A DNA stretch of 11,107 nt from Amoeboradix gromovi X-113. Lineage: Eukaryota > Fungi > Sanchytriomycota. The notes under the pieces were generated by a model. That model saw only the letters and a program-made list of their open reading frames with translations, did not search any database and was not told the origin of the DNA. Location: positions 1 to 11,107 of the forward strand of contig JADGIF010000317.1 in NCBI GenBank assembly GCA_018985225.1, given 5' to 3'. The stretch's first letter is position 1. Every line of letters starts with the position of its first letter. Below, piece after piece: positions 1-6,413 of the stretch. Made by a program: the position numbers and the translations under genes.

Positions 1-434
1 CTCAGACAGATCAGTATGATTTAGGAGGGCAAGCAAAAGTTTCTGAAAATGGCCCTCAGAGCTATTTTGACAAGAAATGATTTATTGCACCTTGTTCAGC
101 TGCTAGCGAAGCTGTTGCAATACTCTACAAGTCCGTTCTTAGTGCAGAGAATCTGTAAAACACTTTTCCAAACTTGCTCTTGAGATCCTTTTTCCTCACA
201 GCATTGTTAATGATCAACGCATCCATCAGCTCGTTCGTAACAACATCTGAATCAAGCTTATCAGCTAGCTGCATGTTTAGTTTCTTCACCACAGGTTGCA
301 TAAGATGCATCTACTGTGTACAAAATCAAGTTATTAAACAATCCATTATACATGCACCGTTTTGATATTCCGTATCTTTCAATATGCCATGCTCATAAAA
401 CGTAATAAATCAGACACAAATAAACTTCAAACAT
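1..434 (-). pseudogene. Probable degraded continuation of the upstream repeat-protein gene
   Basis: After the TAA at 435-437 the same frame reads MFEVY, and an adjacent frame reads SDLL. This resembles the next expected repeat motif (F/Y-G-x-Y-x-D-L-F) at the expected spacing. Further protein-like segments broken by stops follow (FYEHGILKDTEYQNGACIMDCLIT*FCTQ*MHLMQPVVKK...RTDL*, including ORF 125..310). Confidence 0.45.
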
Positions 435-2993
435 TTATTGATGCATCAATCTCAGGATATTTAAATAACTTCCATTGTTCACCTCCAAACTATTCTTATT
501 ATTTTTGAACAGCGCAAGCAACTCAATTATCCATTGCTTCCTCTCGGAAAGCATGGCAACGTCAGGTAGTAAAATTTTCAATAACTGAACATACCAGTGC
601 GATTTTGAATCCACAGTTGGGGATGCTAGATGTTGCACTGCAGGCAAAACAACATACTTTGTTGAATACTCGAGCCAATTTACATTTGTATTAAATCTCA
701 AGTTATAAAGCATCTTTATGCGCGTATCGTCATACACTCTTGCTGCTTCTACAAACAGCTGACTGTATTCTCCAAATTTACTGCTTATAATTCCAACGAT
801 CCTCAAGTAAATTTGATTATCCTGCAGTTTCAAGTAGACATCTCTCAATTCATCATTTAATTTGAAGTCTTCAATTAAATCCAGAACATAGCAGGCAACA
901 ATATCTCCGTAAAAACTAGAGTGCTCAGGTAAAGTAACTAGTATATCTAGAGCAACCTGGCCTAATGCTCTTCTATACATCAATGAGCTCTCATAGAGAT
1001 GTGCAAGTAGCAGCACATCATCTCTCTTGCCATCTTTGCAAAAGGCTTTGAACAAATCTGTATAAATCCCAAAGTCTCTCTTACCTAAAAAGCTCGGCAG
1101 GATTGTCAACAGCTGCACAACATCAATTGAATCCGATTGAAGTGCCTTGTTTAATGAATTAAGCATGGACAAGTAAGGCTGAGACAGATACCTCATTTCC
1201 AAATCTTCTATTCTCAGCCTGATCATTTCTTTACAAACAACAGACTGCTTTTTAGTTGTTGATTTATTCACTAGCTGTAAAATACAGGTTTTAATGATAT
1301 TAGGACTCCCATGTAAACTATCTATTACAACTAAGCTCTCTATGTCATCCCGGCTGTCTGTTTCTATATAAAGGTCCGTAAACAATCCATATTTCCAAGC
1401 GCCATGAGTTTCATCTATTAAGTAGTGCTGCTTGACCAATTTTGTTGAGTCTTCAGAATCAGGACTACGCAAAACATTAGCAACATCAGAGTATATAGAT
1501 AACTCGTCAGATTCCTTAGATGAAGCTGCTATTATGCACGATTTAATAAAACTTCTAAAAGGGATTTTAAAGGAGGGACTTTCTACTATCCTAGTTGCAA
1601 CTGCTTTGCACCACTCACGCGTTGTCTTTGTAATATGGTTGTTTGCTAAATAAGCGGCTACGTGTTCCAACACATTTGCGGCTTCACTTGGTGAGTATTT
1701 TAAATCATAAAGTATCTTCATTCTTTCTTGATCATTAGATCTAGCTGGTTCTACAAACAGATCGGACAGTCCCTTAAATTGAGATCTTCCCAGATAAGTA
1801 ATTAAATTCTCAAGACCGCTGTTAACCATTTTATTAGAATTGTCATATATAGTAGACAATAAAGATAGCTGCAAATCAGAATAAGTACCCGTTTCATCAG
1901 ATCCATGCATTGCGATGAATAGCATGCGAGCACAGTACACCGATTTTTTTGGATCACTTTCATGTGAGAGTTTGATTGCTAACGTTTGAGCATTCTCCTT
2001 GTATAGGTTAGCTATAGTAACCATTCCAGATGCATCATCATTTGAGTAGGCATCTTTGAACAAATTATCGTAGTCTTCATAATTTATCTTTTTTACTGCA
2101 AAAAATACTGGATTGCCAAATTCACCATCCAATATCTTCTTTAGAGCTTTTCGCTGATCTGATGAGATTACGTCCTTTTGGTTGTTATTCAAATTTTTTG
2201 TTATTGCATCAAATAATGCAGTTTGAATCTGGTTAATCTTTCCGCGGACTGAACTTGTAGAAATGCTGATCAAATCCTTATAAAGTGCAACATTCTCACG
2301 GCCGTTACCCTGTACCAATTTGTGAACTGCGTGCCAAACAATAAAGGGGTTGTTGTAGTTTGTTCTAATAGTTTCACACGCGGTGTTGTCGCCTTTAGCA
2401 AGGGCAATTATATAGAGATCTTTGTATATCCCATACGCATTTGAGTTCAGCGTCTTTGAAATTATCATTTTAATGACATCACTGTTAAAATTTAGATGCC
2501 TGTACAGTTGCAGAAAAAAGTTTAGATTGAACAAAGGCTCCAAATTGTATGGAAGTAAACTAAGAGAGTTGATACTATTAGCTCCGATATACCTGGCAAT
2601 ATCATCTTCAGTTACCTTTGAAATAATTATGCGCTTTAGATCGCAATACTCGAAACTTATTATGGTCATAAGATACAACCATTCAGAAGATTTAATGAGT
2701 TCTATATTAAAAGGAATCTTTCTATGGAATCTCTTTGCATCACAAACTAAGAATGTCCTAAAATCATGGATATATTTGCTGCCTCTTACATTTGCTGGCC
2801 TAACAATCTTTGTCTCATAACTTTTTGCTCGAATGGCATTTTGGATACCTGATTCCAAATAGCCCACAGCACCAACAACTTCATGAGCACAGTCCCAGAT
2901 GCCTGATAGCATTGTCCAACTTTGTAACTCGGCAAAACCAAAATTTATACTGTTACAATCAGTAGCCCATAAAAGTGACAAAAATGTTATCAT
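435..2993 (-). CDS. Unknown ~852-aa alpha-helical protein with ~6 degenerate ~100-130-aa repeats, possibly truncated or pseudogenising
   Basis: Uninterrupted 2.5-kb ORF. The first ATG is at 2993; the track start at 3011 is TTG. A recurring motif occurs at track aa ~193 YGIYKDLY, ~311 YEDYDNLF, ~412 FKGLSDLF, ~541 YGLFTDLY, ~647 FGIYTDLF and ~746 FGEYSQLF. No family recognised. Confidence 0.75.
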   Translation of the reverse strand: MITFLSLLWATDCNSINFGFAELQSWTMLSGIWDCAHEVVGAVGYLESGIQNAIRAKSYETKIVRPANVRGSKYIHDFRTFLVCDAKRFHRKIPFNIELIKSSEWLYLMTIISFEYCDLKRIIISKVTEDDIARYIGANSINSLSLLPYNLEPLFNLNFFLQLYRHLNFNSDVIKMIISKTLNSNAYGIYKDLYIIALAKGDNTACETIRTNYNNPFIVWHAVHKLVQGNGRENVALYKDLISISTSSVRGKINQIQTALFDAITKNLNNNQKDVISSDQRKALKKILDGEFGNPVFFAVKKINYEDYDNLFKDAYSNDDASGMVTIANLYKENAQTLAIKLSHESDPKKSVYCARMLFIAMHGSDETGTYSDLQLSLLSTIYDNSNKMVNSGLENLITYLGRSQFKGLSDLFVEPARSNDQERMKILYDLKYSPSEAANVLEHVAAYLANNHITKTTREWCKAVATRIVESPSFKIPFRSFIKSCIIAASSKESDELSIYSDVANVLRSPDSEDSTKLVKQHYLIDETHGAWKYGLFTDLYIETDSRDDIESLVVIDSLHGSPNIIKTCILQLVNKSTTKKQSVVCKEMIRLRIEDLEMRYLSQPYLSMLNSLNKALQSDSIDVVQLLTILPSFLGKRDFGIYTDLFKAFCKDGKRDDVLLLAHLYESSLMYRRALGQVALDILVTLPEHSSFYGDIVACYVLDLIEDFKLNDELRDVYLKLQDNQIYLRIVGIISSKFGEYSQLFVEAARVYDDTRIKMLYNLRFNTNVNWLEYSTKYVVLPAVQHLASPTVDSKSHWYVQLLKILLPDVAMLSERKQWIIELLALFKNNKNSLEVNNGSYLNILRLMHQ

Positions 2994-3228
2994 TTCTTGT
3001 TCAGTTTGCAATTTTTGTTAGAACGTCTCCCCTTCATATTCTCCAGTTATATTGAGGGGGTATACTTAAATTTTCGGAGAACACACGACTTGTTCAGGTA
3101 TAGAACATCTCAGCATTCGAAAAAGCAGATGTGACATTCTGACACTGTAGCAAACTCAAACTGTATATTAAGGATCATCTTTTTCTCATGAGTAATACTC
3201 GCTGTAATGTGAATCTTCTAGAAATAAA

Positions 3229-3746
3229 CAGTTGGGACACCAAATATAAAAACTAGACTAACTCGTCTTTAAAGGTGCTCCATAAGGATGAAATGCTATC
3301 ATTAATAAAAGATCTATTATACCAAGATTCTTTCATTACTTTCAATCCCCTCTTCATAATAAAAGTAGAAGGCCCAGCATCTCGTTCAAATATATGAGGT
3401 CTTTGAGCATCCAAGCAAAAGGTGCATTTTCTTAGACAGTACTCTTTCTTCATTCCATTTTGTAATGTTATACTAACATCATTACTCTTATCTATTTCTT
3501 TGAAGTGTAATAGTGATATTTTATTTGAAATAAGGATTGGATGAAAGAGCAAGAGAATAGCTGTACAGAATGTTTATTTTTGAAATTTCGATACAAAAAG
3601 TTATTTATTTTCCTTTTATACTCGTCAACTCCGCAACTAGCTGAATGTCCACTCGTCTCTTAAATCCATAAAATTAATAAAGCTAAAATAATGCTCCAAG
3701 TTGTTACAGAAAGTTAGTCCAGTTTTTATATTTGATGTCCCACATG
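3229..3746. mobile_element. MITE / non-autonomous TIR DNA transposon, copy 1 (~518 bp)
   Basis: Left TIR 3229-3263 (cagttgggacaccaaatataaaaactagactaact) matches the reverse complement of 3712-3746 (catgtgggacatcaaatataaaaactggactaact) at 31/35 positions. The interior is homologous to 9328..9767 and 11023..11107. Confidence 0.85.
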
Positions 3747-3835
3747 TCTTTTTTATACAAATACTCACTCTTTTATAGATACTTTAAACGGGAAAACACG
3801 ATATCGTCTCTATTTTTTGTTGCAAGTAGTTCTAA

Positions 3836-4074
3836 ACCTCGCAATTCTGAACATGTCAGATCTAAGAAACTACTAATACACACAGTATGCACTCATTGAC
3901 ACCGAGAAACTGGTTTGGATAGAGATCGTACGGAAGCGAGGTACACATCAAATATATGCATCCCTATTCAATCCCGCCTCAGAATAGTGAAAGCATGAGC
4001 AATCACTATGACGGAAAAATTTATTACTCTATGGAAATTCTCGATATTCTCAGAAATCACATCTTTTGATGAGG
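3836..4074 (+). pseudogene. Degenerate 3' remnant of an IS607-type TnpB/Fanzor2 element (copy A)
   Basis: Decayed translation TSQF*TC...VCTH*H...LDRDRTEAR...IKYMHPYSIPPQ, with the RuvC-III DRD at 3918-3926. The 18-mer tattcaatcccgcctcag (3965-3982) is identical to 6143-6160, and homology to copy C continues to ~4074. The left boundary is approximate. Confidence 0.75.
3955..4074 (+). ncRNA. Putative Fanzor omegaRNA scaffold / element right end (copy A)
   Basis: Lies immediately 3' of the RuvC-III motif, is conserved with copies B and C, has conserved stem potential and ends in GAGG. Expression is not shown. Confidence 0.5.
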
Positions 4075-4098
4075 GGACTCCTTCAAAAGGGGTCTGAT

Positions 4099-4956
4099 AT
4101 GTTCATTCTAGTGTGTCTTTCATTTAGCATCGAACAATTATTAAGGATCATTGAGGACCAGAGTATTCCTGGATGTAACATACAGAGTTTTCAAAACTGT
4201 GGAGTGCACTGGTCTTCAACTGAGGAATTGAGATTAGCAACTACTGAAATTTTAGCTGCTATGAGAGCAACTAGAGGCGTGCAGTCAAGTGAAGCACTAA
4301 ATGACTATGCAGAACAGTTGAGTCAGAGAATAGATAAATATACATGTCCGAGTCAATATTCTTCTCCACCTCGACACTTGAAGCGCAGATTATTAAGTCC
4401 GGTACCGCAAGTACCAAATGAAGGTTCTCGACTGATTCCAGGGTCTCCAGAAACGGATTCTTTTGATTCTTTGAGTTTGCTAACACGATTTGGTAAGGTA
4501 ATAGCTATTATTGTTGTATACATGTTAGCTGTGCTAAGTCCCCGTTGTATAGCCGATTTTGCCGTGGATACTTCCAATTTTGGAGAAGGGAAAATTTGTA
4601 ATTATGGATTAGTTTGTAAAAGCGGTGTTCAGCCTCTTTATATTAAGGAACCAATTGGTCATTTTAAAGGGCTAGTCAAATATCGGGTTAAAGAAGTGAA
4701 AGGTATCAATAGCAACACTGGTGAACCTTCTAATGTTGCAATGAAATATATACGTAATGGGGATTGTGTTGTGGTAAATAGAGGAAGTGCAAGCGTTGAT
4801 GCTTGCAAAAAATTCAATCAAGAATTGCGAAATGACAGGAAAAGCGTAGAAGCGTCTGTAACATTACTTTTTGTGGCCGTAGCTGTCGCTCTTAGTTACA
4901 TTTTCCACAAGAATCCGCCACTTCGGAGTGCGGACCCTGCATATTTTCAAATCTAA
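4099..4956 (+). CDS. Hypothetical protein (~285 aa), weak resemblance to SET-domain motifs
   Basis: ~860-nt open frame ending in TAA. The track start (4066 TTG / 4069 ATG) lies inside the Fanzor right end, so ATG 4099 or a later ATG is more plausible. Contains two hydrophobic segments (VIAIIVVYMLAVL; VTLLFVAVAVALSYIF). Confidence 0.55.
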   Translation: MFILVCLSFSIEQLLRIIEDQSIPGCNIQSFQNCGVHWSSTEELRLATTEILAAMRATRGVQSSEALNDYAEQLSQRIDKYTCPSQYSSPPRHLKRRLLSPVPQVPNEGSRLIPGSPETDSFDSLSLLTRFGKVIAIIVVYMLAVLSPRCIADFAVDTSNFGEGKICNYGLVCKSGVQPLYIKEPIGHFKGLVKYRVKEVKGINSNTGEPSNVAMKYIRNGDCVVVNRGSASVDACKKFNQELRNDRKSVEASVTLLFVAVAVALSYIFHKNPPLRSADPAYFQI

Positions 4957-4978
4957 ATGAAATAAATAAACTAAAAAA

Positions 4979-5380
4979 GTTTGAAGTCTTGGTATACAAA
5001 AAAGCAAGAGTTTCAAAAGGGAAATCGGAAAAGCCCGTCGATCCATACAGTAGTTGTGTACGCATGCACTAGCCTAAGGCGCGATTGAATAGGGATGCAT
5101 ATACTTCAAATACATGTTTCTTGTCTTCATATAACCTCTATCTACTTCGAAATGTCATTTTGCACATGTAATTGTCTCGAAGCTTTGTCTTTAAAGTACC
5201 ATCATTGTACACTTTTGACTATTAAATGCTTCATTACACCTGATCAGTACTTTCTCTTGTCTAGGCTTAAACTTGAAGAGCTTTGAAGTAGTCGCGGAAC
5301 ACTGTGCCATAAATGACCACTGTTGAGAAAGATGTCCAAATAAAAAGTGATTCGTAGATGGTTTGTAAGTTGCATAGATG
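4979..5380 (-). pseudogene. Degenerate 3' remnant of an IS607-type TnpB/Fanzor2 element (copy B, inverted), including putative omegaRNA region ~4979-5100
   Basis: The minus strand reads MAQCS...FKFKPRQEKVLIRCNEAFNSQKCT..GTLK..FETITCAK*HFEVDRGYMKTRNMYLKYMHPYSIAP*, collinear with copy C (CNKSFTSQTSTRCGTLK..ETYTC..HLEIDRDHMAARN). The reverse complement of 5074-5091, tattcaatcgcgccttag, matches the shared 18-mer at 16/18. It is missed by the ORF track. Both boundaries are approximate. Confidence 0.75.
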
Positions 5381-5837
5381 ACTCTTTTCTGTAATTGAAA
5401 ATAGATGATTTGGACCCACTAGCAACTGATGAGAAGTGAGATTATCAATATTTTATGCAATTGAAGTCTAGAGAGCATATGGACCGATGCAGCTCGTATA
5501 ATCACGAAATGGCTCATTGAACTAAAATCTAGTAGTATTTTACTTACTTATTTGATCCGTGCGACCACTAACCTTTGTTAATTAAGAATTAATATACTTC
5601 AATTAATGACTTCGATGGCGTGCTAGCGTTATACTTGCATGCTCAGCTTTCTAGTGTTGTGCACCATTTCAAGCAGCTTGATTGTTTTCTTGAATAAATC
5701 ATTTATCGCGAATTTGTATGCATTTTTGTATAACTTCAAGACTTTTCCAGATTTATCTAATACCTTAAGTAGTCGATATTCTTCCTTTCGCAAGTGTAAA
5801 TCAATTTTAAAGAAATAACTAGCAGGTACAGTATACA

Positions 5838-6261
5838 ATGACATATGGTCTTATATACTTACCATCGTTCAATACTAGTCAAATGATAAGTAGCTTGTCG
5901 AGCAAGGTCGCAAGAAACATGGCAACAATGTCCCATTACACATTCAAGGAACGCTTGAATTTCAAGTGTAAACAAAGAGGAAAGAAGATGGTTGAATGTA
6001 ATAAATCATTTACTAGTCAGACAAGTACAAGATGTGGTACTCTGAAGAAAACCAGCTTAGAAACCTACACCTGTACAGTGTCATTTGGAAATAGATAGAG
6101 ACCATATGGCAGCACGGAACATACATCAAGTATATGCGCCCATATTCAATCCCGCCTCAGGGTATTAAAAGCGTGAGCAATCACTGTTACGGAGCATCTA
6201 GCATTGCTAGTTTCTCTGCAGAAATTCTCGATTTTGTCGGAAATCAGGACTTTTAACGAGG
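5838..6261 (+). pseudogene. tnpB: 5'-truncated, frameshifted IS607-type TnpB/Fanzor2 C-terminal fragment (copy C, best preserved)
   Basis: YGLIYLPSFNTSQM..LSSKVARNMATMSHYTFKERLNFKCKQRGKKMVECNKSFTSQTSTRCG..YTC, then after a frameshift HLEIDRDHMAARNI (DRD at 6094-6102). These match the IxLPxF, SHYxF(K/R)xRL, ExxTSxxCxxCG and DRDxxAARNI motifs characteristic of IS607 TnpB/Fanzor2. Confidence 0.9.
6133..6261 (+). ncRNA. Putative Fanzor omegaRNA scaffold / element right end (copy C)
   Basis: Conserved with copies A and B. Hairpins ctagc-att-gctag (6198-6210) and gattt-tgtcgg-aaatc (6230-6245). Similarity to copy A stops just after GAGG (6258-6261). Confidence 0.55.
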
Positions 6262-6413
6262 AGTTGCGATATAAGTGACACAATCTTGAGCATTTTCTAA
6301 GAATATAATTACTCTGATATTTAGAATATCTTTAAAGCTCGCAAACTAATATAGAGCTCGTCTTTGGGACTAATGCAACCAAAGTAATAGGCGATTGTTG
6401 CAGATTAATAAAT

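Noticed and set aside
19-66. Minus-strand SEGHFQKLLLALL resembling an annexin repeat end
   Set aside because: One short motif at the window edge with no other annexin signature at the right spacing.
3253-3552. 99-aa ORF
   Set aside because: Lies inside MITE copy 1, and the frame is not preserved in copy 2.
3848-5157. TGA codons at zinc-finger Cys positions in Fanzor copies A (3848, 3897) and B (5155-5157), suggesting TGA=Cys recoding
   Set aside because: The long Cys-containing ORFs (889 and 858 aa) contain no in-frame TGA, and the copies carry other disabling lesions. Ordinary nonsense decay is more likely.
4864-5286. ORFs 4864..5046 (-) and 5095..5286 (+), and a possible frameshifted extension of the 296-aa ORF past 4956
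   Set aside because: Sequence from ~4979 on is explained by the inverted Fanzor copy B.
5629-5844. 71-aa minus-strand ORF
   Set aside because: Protein-like but unrecognised, and its ATG lies inside Fanzor copy C. At most a fragment of a disrupted gene.
3229-6263. CRISPR array or prokaryotic/giant-virus origin of the window
   Set aside because: The repeats are dispersed, inverted and long rather than regularly spaced. CCDC39 indicates a cellular eukaryote, and no viral hallmark gene is visible.
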